Shown here piece by piece: positions 19,030-28,910 of a stretch of DNA of 64,000 bases; the first letter of the stretch is position 1; the number at the start of each line of letters is the position of its first letter. Source of the stretch: Treponema sp. (GTDB lineage: Bacteria; Spirochaetota; Spirochaetia; Treponematales; Breznakiellaceae). Made by a program: the position numbers and the translations under genes. The notes under the pieces are model-generated. The model was not told where the DNA came from and searched no databases. It saw only the letters and a list, made by a program, of their open reading frames with translations. The stretch covers positions 1,135-65,134 of the forward strand of contig WRLF01000015.1 of assembly GCA_009777735.1 (NCBI GenBank), given 5' to 3'.

Positions 19030-19764
19030 ATGAAAAAAAGCCATTTCTTTTTTAATTTATTATTTATTGTATTAATAATCCTGTTCGGCTGCAAAACAAC
19101 AAACAAATATAATCAAAGTACCATTTCTGTATTCGGAACAGATACGGTTTTAGTTCAGCCGGATGTTATTCAAATGAGAATTACGTTAAGCAATACAGCC
19201 GGAACAACAAAAATGGCTCAGGATGAAGTAAGCAGAATGGTAAGGCAGGCATTGTCAATACTGAATGATGCCGGTATCGAGGAAAAAAATATAATGACAG
19301 CTTCATTGTCTTTTAGATCGGAATATGATTATTCAAACAGACGTATTTTAATCGGACAAAGAGCCGAGCAAAGCATAACTTTTTCCGTTGATGATATTGA
19401 TAACAACAGTGAAAGGGTATCTGAAATAATTGATAATCTCATTCAAATAAACGGCATTGAATTAAACCAGATGAATTTCAGTGTAAATAACAATACGGAT
19501 TATTACATCAGATCCCGTGAACTTGCATATCAGAAAGCGCTGGAAAAAGCCACTCAATATGCGGAACTTTCAAACCTTAAAATTATCAGGGTTTTAAACA
19601 TATCTGAAAATATAAATCAATATATGTCACCAACGAGCAACAGGTTTTTAAATAACAGCATGGATTTTTCAATGGCAACCCGTCAGGCCGATTCCGCGAC
19701 AATAGTGCCGATGGGAGAATTGGAAATAACTACAACAATATTTATAGAATATTTATTGGAATAA
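19030..19764 (+). CDS. SIMPL (DUF541) domain lipoprotein
   Basis: Lipobox LFGC; TISVFG...V.VQPD, R..AY.KA.EKA..YA, P.GE..IT signature. Confidence 0.8.
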   Translation: MKKSHFFFNLLFIVLIILFGCKTTNKYNQSTISVFGTDTVLVQPDVIQMRITLSNTAGTTKMAQDEVSRMVRQALSILNDAGIEEKNIMTASLSFRSEYDYSNRRILIGQRAEQSITFSVDDIDNNSERVSEIIDNLIQINGIELNQMNFSVNNNTDYYIRSRELAYQKALEKATQYAELSNLKIIRVLNISENINQYMSPTSNRFLNNSMDFSMATRQADSATIVPMGELEITTTIFIEYLLE

Positions 19765-19793
19765 AAATTTAATTTACCGGTAATATAAATAAC

Positions 19794-20696
19794 ATGAAGT
19801 ATAATAATGACAACAGCGATACCGAATTACACATTTACATTGCATTCGGGCAGTCAAACATGCAGGGACCGGGCCCCATCCGGGACCGGGACAAACAGGA
19901 TATAAGCGAACGGTGGCAGGTATTGAATGTTGCGGAAGGCAGTTATGACGGACAGCAAAGGGACAATGGTCAATGGTATAAGGCAGTACCGCCGCTTATT
20001 ACAGCCGGTGATTTGAAGCATTGGCAGGATGATTTTAGCACGGGGCTTAGTCCTGCCGATTATTTCGGACGATTCCTTGTTGCAAACACTCCCCCGCACA
20101 TTACAATCGGACTGATAGCCGTTGCCGGCGGCGCCCTTGCCCTCGCATCATTTCATAAAACAAAAAGCGCCGATTATTTCTCCGAATGTTCCGGCGGCGC
20201 CGAAAGAGAAGACGGCAGGCCAAGTATAACAGAAAGGCAGGGGTGGGACAGGTACAGGAGCGCCGGCTATGACAGTATGTATGATGCCATTATCACAAAT
20301 GTCAAACTGGCACAATCGCAAGGCGGCATTGTTAAAGGCATCATATTCCACCAGGGAGAAAGCGGGCGGGGACTTACCTATACCACATGGGGAGAAATGT
20401 TAAAAGAAATATACGATGATATGCTTGCCGATCTGGAACTTCAACCCAATTCAATTCCCATTCTGTGCGGACAAACCTGGGATGCCGGTTCAGGCAGTAC
20501 AGACGGCGCCCTGGTCGGCACTCAGGCTTTACAAAATAAAACCGGTATTCCAAACGCCCATGTAATCAGCTCCGGCGGTTTAACTGCCGGACGGCCTGTT
20601 GTTGACAACCTTCACTTCGGTTCCGAAGATATCCAGGCGTTTGGAATCCGTTATGGCGAAAAGATGCTGGAACTGGTCTATTTACAGAAAAATTAA
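19794..20696 (+). CDS. SGNH esterase, SASA/CE6 family (acetylxylan esterase-like)
   Basis: FGQSNM, IFHQGES and DNLHF catalytic motifs. Confidence 0.8.
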   Translation: MKYNNDNSDTELHIYIAFGQSNMQGPGPIRDRDKQDISERWQVLNVAEGSYDGQQRDNGQWYKAVPPLITAGDLKHWQDDFSTGLSPADYFGRFLVANTPPHITIGLIAVAGGALALASFHKTKSADYFSECSGGAEREDGRPSITERQGWDRYRSAGYDSMYDAIITNVKLAQSQGGIVKGIIFHQGESGRGLTYTTWGEMLKEIYDDMLADLELQPNSIPILCGQTWDAGSGSTDGALVGTQALQNKTGIPNAHVISSGGLTAGRPVVDNLHFGSEDIQAFGIRYGEKMLELVYLQKN

Positions 20697-22228
20697 TGTA
20701 TGGCAAAGATATGAACGAGCTTGTATTGGTCCTTGACTTTGGCGGTCAGTATAAGGAGCTTATTGCCGGAGCAGTCAGAAAATTATCCGTGTATTCGGAA
20801 ATAAAGCCGGGGCATCTCCGCGCCGCTGAGATTCGGCGGATAAACCCCATCGGCATTATTTTAACGGGCGGGCCAAACAGCGTGTACTTGCCGGATTCTG
20901 CTCAATGCGATCCTGCCATTTTCACCCTCGGCATCCCCATCCTCGGCATATGCTACGGCATGCAGATGATGTGCCACATGCTTGGCGGCGGGGTTTCCGC
21001 CGGCGAAACAGGCGAGTACGGACGTGTAACGGTGATACCATCAAACCAGTCGGTGTTATTTGATACAGATAAACCGTTCAAGGCGCTCATGAGCCATAAA
21101 GATGCTGTTACCCGTCTGCCAAAGGGATTCATTGCATCAGCTTCAACCGCGTCCTGTTTTGCCGCTTGTGAAAATCCGGCAAAAAAACTGTATGGCGTGC
21201 AGTTTCACCCCGAAACAAAACATACAGACGGCGGACAGGAAATTATTAAAACTTTTCTTTTTAAAATCTGCTGTGCAGCCGGTGATTACAAGCTGGATGA
21301 TTACATTGATACGCAGGTACGGAAAATACGGCAGGAAGCTGGAAAAGAAAATGTATTGCTTGCACTGTCGGGCGGAGTAGATTCTTCGGTATGTGCAAGC
21401 CTGTTGTCCAAGGCAATACCGGGACAGCTTGTCTGCATTTTTGTTGACCACGGATTTATGCGGCTCAATGAGGGCGATGAGATAGAGGATCTTTTTTCCC
21501 GGCAAAAACTGCGTTTTATTCGTGTCAACGCTCAGGCGCGGTTCCTTGCAAAGCTGAAAGGCATAAGCAATCCCGAAAAAAAACGAAAAATCATTGGAAA
21601 AGAATTTATCCGGGTATTTGAGGAGGAAGCCGCAAAGCTTGGGCGAATTCCCTATTTGGCGCAGGGTACCATTTACCCCGATGTTGTCGAGTCCGGCGGG
21701 GCATTTGGTGCAACAATTAAAAGCCATCACAATGTGGGCGGGCTTCCAAAAAATCTTTCTTTTACGAAAATTATTGAGCCGCTGTCCGGGCTGTTTAAAG
21801 ACGAAGTTCGTGTTCTCGGCAGAAAGCTGGGGTTGCCGGCTTTTCTCGTAAATCGTCAGCCTTTCCCGGGACCGGGGCTTGCCATTCGCATAACAGGCGA
21901 AGTAACGAAAAAAAAACTGGAGCTTTTACGCAAGGCTGACGCAATCCTCCGGGAAGAACTGGATCGTCTGAAACACAGACCCGATCAGTATTTTACTGTA
22001 TTGACTGATACCCTCTCCGTAGGCGTTAAGGGGGATGACCGGACTTACGATCCTGTAATCGCTGTCCGGGCTGTATCCACAGGCGATTTTATGACCTGTG
22101 AGTATTCGCCGATTCCGCACAGGATTTTAAGCCGCATATCGTCGCGGATTACCGGCGAAATTCCATCAGTCAGCCGCGTGGTATATGATATAACATCGAA
22201 GCCGCCTGCTACGGTAGAATGGGAGTGA
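20696..22228 (+). CDS. guaA: GMP synthase (glutamine-hydrolysing)
   Basis: LDFGGQY, GICYGMQ, QFHPE, SGGVDS, IKSHHNVGGLP, KPPATVEWE. Confidence 0.97.
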   Translation: MYGKDMNELVLVLDFGGQYKELIAGAVRKLSVYSEIKPGHLRAAEIRRINPIGIILTGGPNSVYLPDSAQCDPAIFTLGIPILGICYGMQMMCHMLGGGVSAGETGEYGRVTVIPSNQSVLFDTDKPFKALMSHKDAVTRLPKGFIASASTASCFAACENPAKKLYGVQFHPETKHTDGGQEIIKTFLFKICCAAGDYKLDDYIDTQVRKIRQEAGKENVLLALSGGVDSSVCASLLSKAIPGQLVCIFVDHGFMRLNEGDEIEDLFSRQKLRFIRVNAQARFLAKLKGISNPEKKRKIIGKEFIRVFEEEAAKLGRIPYLAQGTIYPDVVESGGAFGATIKSHHNVGGLPKNLSFTKIIEPLSGLFKDEVRVLGRKLGLPAFLVNRQPFPGPGLAIRITGEVTKKKLELLRKADAILREELDRLKHRPDQYFTVLTDTLSVGVKGDDRTYDPVIAVRAVSTGDFMTCEYSPIPHRILSRISSRITGEIPSVSRVVYDITSKPPATVEWE

Positions 22229-22276
22229 ACAGAGAACAGTGAATATAGAGAACAGTGAACAGTGGAATAGAGAACA
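22224..22276 (+). repeat. Heptamer tandem repeat AG(T/A)GAAC in the guaA-pyrG spacer
   Basis: AGTGAAC AGAGAAC AGTGAAT AT AGAGAAC AGTGAAC AGTGGAAT AGAGAAC. Confidence 0.7.
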
Positions 22277-22291
22277 AAGGGAAAGAGGGGT

Positions 22292-23887
22292 ATGACAAAG
22301 TATATTTTTGTGACCGGAGGGGTTGTTTCGGGGCTTGGCAAGGGGATTACTGCGGCTTCACTGGGCAGGCTGCTTAAGCAGCGCGGCCTGAAAGTTGCGG
22401 CGCAAAAACTTGATCCGTATATGAATGTTGATCCGGGAACGATGAGTCCCTTCCAGCACGGCGAGGTATTTGTTACCGATGACGGTGCGGAAACTGATCT
22501 TGATTTGGGGCATTACGAGCGGTTTATCGACGAGAACCTGACAAAACTCAGTAATCTGACATCGGGCAAGGTGTACTGGAAAGTGCTGGAGCGTGAACGC
22601 GCAGGTGCATATCTGGGCGGAACCGTGCAGGTTATTCCCCATGTTACCGAAACGATTAAAGACTTTATTTATGCCGGAGCGGAAAACAGCGGTGCCGATG
22701 TATTGATAACGGAAATAGGCGGCACGACAGGCGATATCGAAAGCCAGCCGTTTTTGGAAGCCATCCGGCAAATTTCGCTTGAAAAAGGACGCGAACACTG
22801 CCTGTTTATTCATGTAACACTTGTTCCTTTTTTAAAAAGTACCGGCGAACATAAATCAAAACCAACACAACATTCTGTCAAGGAACTCCGCTCAATTGGT
22901 ATTTCGCCTAACATCATTATCGCACGGTCAGATGAACCTTTAAGCGAAGGCATCAATGATAAAATTGCGCTCTTTTGCAATGTAAAACCCGATTGTGTTA
23001 TCGAAAACATCACGCTTTCTTCCCTGTACGAAGCGCCGCTTATGCTTCACCGCAACGGTTTGGACAATGTGGTATGCCGCGAGCTGGGAATAGCGGCGCC
23101 TGATGCGGATTTAGCCGAATGGCTGACAATGACGCAAAAAATCACGGCAAGAAAACATGAAGTAACCATTGCCATTGCAGGTAAATATGTTAAGCTGCAC
23201 GATGCGTATCTTTCAATCATTGAAAGCCTAAACCATGCCGGATTTGAAACAGGAGCCAGAGTCACTATCCGCTGGATTGACAGCGGGGAAGTGACGGAAA
23301 AAAATGCCGGAGATATGTTAGCCGGAATTAACGGCATGATTATTCCGGGAGGTTTCGGTGACCGGGGAATCGAAGGCAAGATTGCCGCCTGCCGTTATGC
23401 ACGGGAAAATAATATTCCCTATTTAGGCATCTGTCTTGGCATGCAGATCGCCGTAATTGAGTTTGCCCGTAATGTTTGCACTCTAACTGATGCTCATTCC
23501 GGCGAGTTTAACGAAAATTCAGCTCATCGCGTAATCGACATTATGCCTAATCAGATAGGCATGGTAGGAAGCGGCGGTACTATGCGCCTGGGTGCGTATC
23601 CCTGTAATATTAAGCAAGGCACGCTGCTGCACAGTTTATACAAAGAGGACGAAATCAACGAACGGCACCGCCATCGTTTTGAGTTTAACAATGAATACAG
23701 GCAGGCGCTGACGCAAAACGGGCTTGTTATATGCGGTACATCGCCGGACGGCAGCCTTGTGGAAGCGGTGGAACTGCCGGACAATCGTTTTTTTGTCGGC
23801 GTTCAATTTCATCCGGAATTTAAAAGCCGCCCCAACAAACCGCACCCGTTATTTTGGGGGCTTGTTCAGGCAGCACTGGGAGATTAA
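22292..23887 (+). CDS. pyrG: CTP synthase
   Basis: [34 protein letters not shown]. Confidence 0.98.
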   Translation: MTKYIFVTGGVVSGLGKGITAASLGRLLKQRGLKVAAQKLDPYMNVDPGTMSPFQHGEVFVTDDGAETDLDLGHYERFIDENLTKLSNLTSGKVYWKVLERERAGAYLGGTVQVIPHVTETIKDFIYAGAENSGADVLITEIGGTTGDIESQPFLEAIRQISLEKGREHCLFIHVTLVPFLKSTGEHKSKPTQHSVKELRSIGISPNIIIARSDEPLSEGINDKIALFCNVKPDCVIENITLSSLYEAPLMLHRNGLDNVVCRELGIAAPDADLAEWLTMTQKITARKHEVTIAIAGKYVKLHDAYLSIIESLNHAGFETGARVTIRWIDSGEVTEKNAGDMLAGINGMIIPGGFGDRGIEGKIAACRYARENNIPYLGICLGMQIAVIEFARNVCTLTDAHSGEFNENSAHRVIDIMPNQIGMVGSGGTMRLGAYPCNIKQGTLLHSLYKEDEINERHRHRFEFNNEYRQALTQNGLVICGTSPDGSLVEAVELPDNRFFVGVQFHPEFKSRPNKPHPLFWGLVQAALGD

Positions 23888-23891
23888 TGTA

Positions 23892-24497
23892 ATGATTAAA
23901 ATTATTGACTATAAAGCCGGGAATGCACCAAGTGTCATGCACGCTGTAACACGGCTTGGATATGAAGCGGAGTATGCCCGTTGTCAGCACTGCATTGCCG
24001 ATGCAACACATATTATCCTGCCGGGCGTGGGAAGCGCAAAGGCCACAATGGATTCGCTGCGCGAGATGGACTTGATACATTCGCTGGAAGACGCTGTTAT
24101 GCGAAAAAGCGTTTTTTTTCTCGGTATTTGTGTCGGCCTGCAAATCCTGTTTGAACACAGTGAAGAAGAAAATACAGACTGTCTCGGATGGCTTAAAGGC
24201 CGCGTTGTTAAATTCGACACTTCAAATGTCCGGGTACCGCAGATGGGCTGGAACCAGGTGCGGTTTATGAAAAATGCTCCGTTCAGGACAGAGGATGAGT
24301 ACTTCTATTTTGTCAATTCTTATTACGCAAAACCTGAAGACGATTCCGATATATGGGGTGTCTCTGAATACGGCATCCGGTTTACAGCAGCGGTTAATAA
24401 AGACAACATATACGCCGCTCAGTTTCATGCCGAAAAAAGCGGTGAAGCGGGACTAACGCTGCTCAACGGTTTTCTCGGCCTGGGGAACGGAGGTTAA
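23892..24497 (+). CDS. hisH: Imidazole glycerol phosphate synthase glutaminase subunit
   Basis: IIDYKAGN, LPGVG, GICVGLQ, VPQMGWN, QFHAEKS; start refined to 23892. Confidence 0.92.
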   Translation: MIKIIDYKAGNAPSVMHAVTRLGYEAEYARCQHCIADATHIILPGVGSAKATMDSLREMDLIHSLEDAVMRKSVFFLGICVGLQILFEHSEEENTDCLGWLKGRVVKFDTSNVRVPQMGWNQVRFMKNAPFRTEDEYFYFVNSYYAKPEDDSDIWGVSEYGIRFTAAVNKDNIYAAQFHAEKSGEAGLTLLNGFLGLGNGG

Positions 24498-24500
24498 GGA

Positions 24501-25298
24501 ATGTTAACAAAACGGCTCATCGCCTGCTTTGACATCGTAAACGGCAGGGTGACAAAGGCAGTGAATTTTCAGGACAATATAGACGTTGCACCGGCAGAAA
24601 CGCTGGCAGAATCCATGTATGAAGCGCAGATCGACGAATTGATTTTCTACGACATTATGGCAAGCGCGGAAAAACGCCGGATCGACATAGACACGGTAAA
24701 GAACGTAGCTCAGCGCGTTTTTATTCCGTTTACCGTCGGCGGCGGAATAAAAAATTTGGATGATATGTATGAAGCGCTTAAAGCCGGAGCGGAAAAAATC
24801 AGTGTTGATTCCATGGCTGTCAGAAATCCCCAAATCATTCAGGACGGCGCAAAAGCGTTTGGCTCACAGTGCATTGTGCTTTCAACCCAGGTTAAACGTA
24901 CACCGGTTACGCCGCAGATACCGAGCGGGTATGAAGTGTATATAGACGGCGCACGGCTGGCAACAGGCAAGGATGCCGTTGAATGGATCAAACACGGGCA
25001 GGAACTGGGTGCGGGGGAAATTTGCCTGAACAGCATCGACTGTGACGGGACTCTGGCAGGATATGACCTGGCATTGATGAAGATGGCAGGAGCAGCAGTA
25101 TCGGTTCCGCTCATAGCATCCGGCGGCGCAGGAGCGCCCGAACATTTGAAAATTCTGTTTGAAGAAACCGAGGCACAGGCGGCAATCATCAGCAGTATGC
25201 TGTACTCGCCCAGAATGGAGAGAAATTATACTGTCAGAGAGCTTAAAGAGTATTTACTGAAAAGCAGAATTCAAATCCGGCCGCCGGGGGGGATATGA
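24501..25298 (+). CDS. hisF: Imidazole glycerol phosphate synthase cyclase subunit
   Basis: MLTKRLIACFD, IPFTVGGGI, GAGEICLNSID.DGT, IASGGAG. Confidence 0.93.
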   Translation: MLTKRLIACFDIVNGRVTKAVNFQDNIDVAPAETLAESMYEAQIDELIFYDIMASAEKRRIDIDTVKNVAQRVFIPFTVGGGIKNLDDMYEALKAGAEKISVDSMAVRNPQIIQDGAKAFGSQCIVLSTQVKRTPVTPQIPSGYEVYIDGARLATGKDAVEWIKHGQELGAGEICLNSIDCDGTLAGYDLALMKMAGAAVSVPLIASGGAGAPEHLKILFEETEAQAAIISSMLYSPRMERNYTVRELKEYLLKSRIQIRPPGGI

Positions 25299-25394
25299 AG
25301 AAACGCGGATACTTGTTATTTTCCCCGGATATAGTGTAAAATCAAAAATAATGCATGATAAAACAAACAACCGAAGAATGTAAGTGATGGCTGA

Positions 25395-26867
25395 ATGATT
25401 TTTTTTCTGATAAAGCTAAAAGACAGTGTACTTGCCATAGCTCCTATAATCGCATTGGTGCTTATACTCGGGTTTACAGTCGCATCCATTGATACGATGC
25501 TGATAATTAAATTCCTGTTCGGCGCCGTATTGATTATTTTCGGGCTGTCAATTTTTTTAGCAGGAGTTGAATTAGCCATAATGCCGCTTGGCAGCCACAC
25601 CGGAGAAATAATATTTAAGTCAAAAAAGCTATGGATACTTGTCGTGGCAGGTATCATACTCGGTTTCTTTATTTCTCTCGCCGAGCCAGGGATGATCGTT
25701 CTTTCCAATCAAGTCGATCTTGTCACGATGGGGCAGCTTTCCGGTATCAGACTACTCGTATTTGTCTCCGTTGGTTTTGCGGTTGTTCTTACAATAGGAC
25801 TGTTAAGGATTTTTTCAAAAATCCCCCTCCACATGGTTTTAATCGCATTTTACCTTCTCATCGGCGCTGCCACGATGTTTACTTCTGCCGAATTCCTTGC
25901 CCTTGCATTTGATTCTTCGGGAGCGACCACAGGAATATTGGCTGTTCCGTTTATACTCGCCCTCGGTGTCGGAGTCGCCTCCGGAAAAAAGGACAGTCTC
26001 AAATCGGAAGAAGACAGTTTCGGGCTTGTAGCAATGGCTTCAGCGGGAGCTGTCATCGGAGTTCTGGTACTGTATATGGTTTCCAGGGGGGCATATTACG
26101 ACACGAGTCTTCCAATTACAATAAATGTAACCGATTCGGTTTTACATTCATTCACCGGTATTATTCCATCTACGTTATACGAAGGTTTTATCACTTTACT
26201 GCCTCTGCTTGTAATATTCATCATTCTGCAATTAACGGTGTTAAAACTCAGTGAAAAACGATTCAGAAAAATGATCATGGGTTTTATCTATTCTTATACC
26301 GGGCTGATACTGTTCTTCCTTGGAGTCGACGGCGGATTCATGGATGCCGGAACAGCGCTTGGGTATAATCTCGCATCGCTGGGCAATAATGCTTTAACCA
26401 TTTCAGTAGGTTTTTTAATCGGGCTTGTAACCATTGCCGCCGAGCCGGCTGTGTATGTTCAGACACATCAGATAGAAAATGTTACCAGCGGCCATGTAAA
26501 AAGGAAAGCTGTACTGGCACCGCTTTGTCTCGGTGTGGGGCTGGCTGTCATGTTGTCAGTTGTCCGAATACTTTACCCGGCGATACAGCTTTGGCATTTC
26601 CTTCTTCCCGGATTTGCCGCCGCGCTTGGTCTGACTTTTTTTGTCCCTAAATTATTTGTAGGCATTGCGTTTGATGCCGGCGGCGTAGCGACCGGCCCTA
26701 TGACGGCAACCTTTATTCTCGCATTTATCCAGGGAGTTGCCGCAAGCAGGGGCGATGCAAATCTTCTTCGCGACGGATTTGGGATGATTTCACTTGTGTG
26801 CATGATCCCCATTGTGACTATGCAGATATTAGGTTTGGTATATAAAGTCAAGACAAAAAAGCAGTGA
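25395..26867 (+). CDS. DUF1538 family multi-pass membrane protein (two fused halves)
   Basis: Two repeats of AEP / AFD(S/A)(S/G)G(A/V)(T/A)TG / (D/S)(S/G)FG motifs. Confidence 0.8.
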   Translation: MIFFLIKLKDSVLAIAPIIALVLILGFTVASIDTMLIIKFLFGAVLIIFGLSIFLAGVELAIMPLGSHTGEIIFKSKKLWILVVAGIILGFFISLAEPGMIVLSNQVDLVTMGQLSGIRLLVFVSVGFAVVLTIGLLRIFSKIPLHMVLIAFYLLIGAATMFTSAEFLALAFDSSGATTGILAVPFILALGVGVASGKKDSLKSEEDSFGLVAMASAGAVIGVLVLYMVSRGAYYDTSLPITINVTDSVLHSFTGIIPSTLYEGFITLLPLLVIFIILQLTVLKLSEKRFRKMIMGFIYSYTGLILFFLGVDGGFMDAGTALGYNLASLGNNALTISVGFLIGLVTIAAEPAVYVQTHQIENVTSGHVKRKAVLAPLCLGVGLAVMLSVVRILYPAIQLWHFLLPGFAAALGLTFFVPKLFVGIAFDAGGVATGPMTATFILAFIQGVAASRGDANLLRDGFGMISLVCMIPIVTMQILGLVYKVKTKKQ

Positions 26868-26878
26868 GCCGGTTTCTC

Positions 26879-28210
26879 TTATATAACCCCTTGCAGAAGC
26901 ATTACTTCGCAAACTTTAATAAATCCGCCGATGTTCGCGCCGGCAACAAGATCGTTCTTTGTTGCGTAATGCTCCGCCGTATCGGAAACCTGCCGGTAAA
27001 TGCTTTGCATAATACCCTGAAGTTTTTTATCAACTTCTTCAAACGACCAAAAAAACCTTGAGCTGTTTTGAGCCATTTCCAAAGCGGAAACCGCAACACC
27101 GCCGGCATTGGCAGCTTTTCCGGGAGCGTACAAAATGCCGCTTTTCTGAAACTGTTCTACCGCATCCAGTGTTGTTGACATATTGGATCCTTCGGCAACG
27201 GCAAGACAGTTGTTTTTTATCAGCGCTTTGGCATGTTCTTCGTTTATTTCGTTTTGGGTTGCGCAGGGCAGGGCAACATCGCACGGTACCTGCCAGACAA
27301 TACCTTTATCAAAATATTCCGCACCCTTGCAGTGATGCACATATTCGCTGATTCTGCCCCTTTGTTTTTCCTTAATGAGTTTTACCGTTTCAATATCAAC
27401 CCCGGCGGGATCGAGGATATAACCGTTCGAATCGGAAAATGTCAGCACTTTTGCGCCCAATTGCGCGGCTTTTTCGGCAGCGTAAATCGCCACATTGCCC
27501 GAGCCGGAAACAACAACCCTTTTCCCTTCAAATGTTGTTTTTAAAGATGCCAGCATTTGTTCGGCAAAATACACCAACCCGTACCCGGTGGCTTCCTTAC
27601 GTACGAGCGAACCTCCATAACACAGAGCCTTTCCGGTAAACGTACCGTTAACAAGACCGGTTATTTTTTTGTATTGTCCGTAAACATACCCGATTTCCCT
27701 TGCTCCTACACCGATGTCTCCGGCAGGTACATCGGTATCCGCTCCTATGTGACGGTACAATTCATTCATAAAGCTCTGACAAAATGCCATGACTTCGCGG
27801 TCGGATTTTCCTTTAGGATCAAAATCCGATCCGCCTTTTCCGCCGCCGATGGGAAGCCCGGTTAACGAATTTTTGAAGATCTGTTCAAAGCCCAAAAATT
27901 TTATCGTATCAAGGGTTACGCTTGGGTGAAACCGTATCCCCCCTTTGTATGGTCCGATTGCACTGTTGAACTGGACACGGTATCCGCGGTTAACCTGCAC
28001 TTTTCCGGAGCCGTCTACCCAGGGTACTCTGAAAATAACCTGCCGTTCCGGTTCGACTATTCGTTCCAGAATACCGGCTTCTTCACATTCTTGATGCTCG
28101 TCTAAATACGGCTGAAGAGTCGGCAGAATCTCGGTGAGTGTCTGATGAAATTCCGGCTGTCCGGGATTTTTTTCTTTTGTTTCTTTTAAAACCCTCATTG
28201 TGTATGACAT
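26879..28210 (-). CDS. gdhA: NADP-specific glutamate dehydrogenase
   Basis: GPYKGGIRFH, GGGKGGSDFDPKG, DVPAGDIGVG, KAANAGGVAVS. Confidence 0.95.
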   Translation of the reverse strand: MSYTMRVLKETKEKNPGQPEFHQTLTEILPTLQPYLDEHQECEEAGILERIVEPERQVIFRVPWVDGSGKVQVNRGYRVQFNSAIGPYKGGIRFHPSVTLDTIKFLGFEQIFKNSLTGLPIGGGKGGSDFDPKGKSDREVMAFCQSFMNELYRHIGADTDVPAGDIGVGAREIGYVYGQYKKITGLVNGTFTGKALCYGGSLVRKEATGYGLVYFAEQMLASLKTTFEGKRVVVSGSGNVAIYAAEKAAQLGAKVLTFSDSNGYILDPAGVDIETVKLIKEKQRGRISEYVHHCKGAEYFDKGIVWQVPCDVALPCATQNEINEEHAKALIKNNCLAVAEGSNMSTTLDAVEQFQKSGILYAPGKAANAGGVAVSALEMAQNSSRFFWSFEEVDKKLQGIMQSIYRQVSDTAEHYATKNDLVAGANIGGFIKVCEVMLLQGVI

Positions 28211-28306
28211 AGTAATTTCCTTTTCTGTTTTGCTGTATTTTTATTTTTTTACCAGCGGTTTGTCAAGTGCTTCTATCAATTCAAAAAACGGCCCGCCGGA
28301 TCAATC

Positions 28307-28888
28307 TTACGGCCCGTTTTCATAATCATGAATGATCCTTTCACTTACCTTGCGTTTTGAAGTGCGTGTGTCCATCGCCATTTTTTCGATGTGACGGTGC
28401 GCTTCATGTTCGCTCATTCTGGTTGATGAAATTAAAATGCTTTTTGCACGGTCAATGATACGGATGTTGTCTATTTTCTGTTTCAAATCTTCGTTTTCCG
28501 ATCGGACTTTTACAAGCCACGTGCGCATTGTTTTTGCAATGCTCAAAACCTGACGGAATATATCATTGTTTATGGGCTTTGCAATGGTTAAGACACTGTC
28601 TTTTTCGCAAGCGGCGGAAACAGAGTCGTATAGATCACTTTTAACGGCCAAAATAACCTGACTTACCCCGCTAACGGCGATTTGCCGGGCAAGGTTTTCA
28701 CCTGTTTCGTCAGACAGGGGAGAACTAATAATTACCAAATCAAATAACCGTTCCAGCAAAAGCCTGCGTCCTTCACCGCCGGAACGCACATAAGTAATAT
28801 CAATAACAGAATGTGCGCGAAGCATTTCAGCTATATCGGAGAATCCTTTATCGGTAGATGTAATAACGAGCGCTCTTTCCATATTCAT
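28307..28888 (-). CDS. ANTAR-domain antiterminator with degenerate receiver domain (NitR/NasT-like)
   Basis: C-terminal IIDRAKSILI....MSEHEAHRHIEKMAMDTR.SK..V ANTAR motif; receiver-like N-terminus with DLVIISS in place of the phospho-Asp. Confidence 0.88.
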   Translation of the reverse strand: MNMERALVITSTDKGFSDIAEMLRAHSVIDITYVRSGGEGRRLLLERLFDLVIISSPLSDETGENLARQIAVSGVSQVILAVKSDLYDSVSAACEKDSVLTIAKPINNDIFRQVLSIAKTMRTWLVKVRSENEDLKQKIDNIRIIDRAKSILISSTRMSEHEAHRHIEKMAMDTRTSKRKVSERIIHDYENGP

Positions 28889-28910
28889 TACCTTAAAATC
28901 CTATTGGGGA

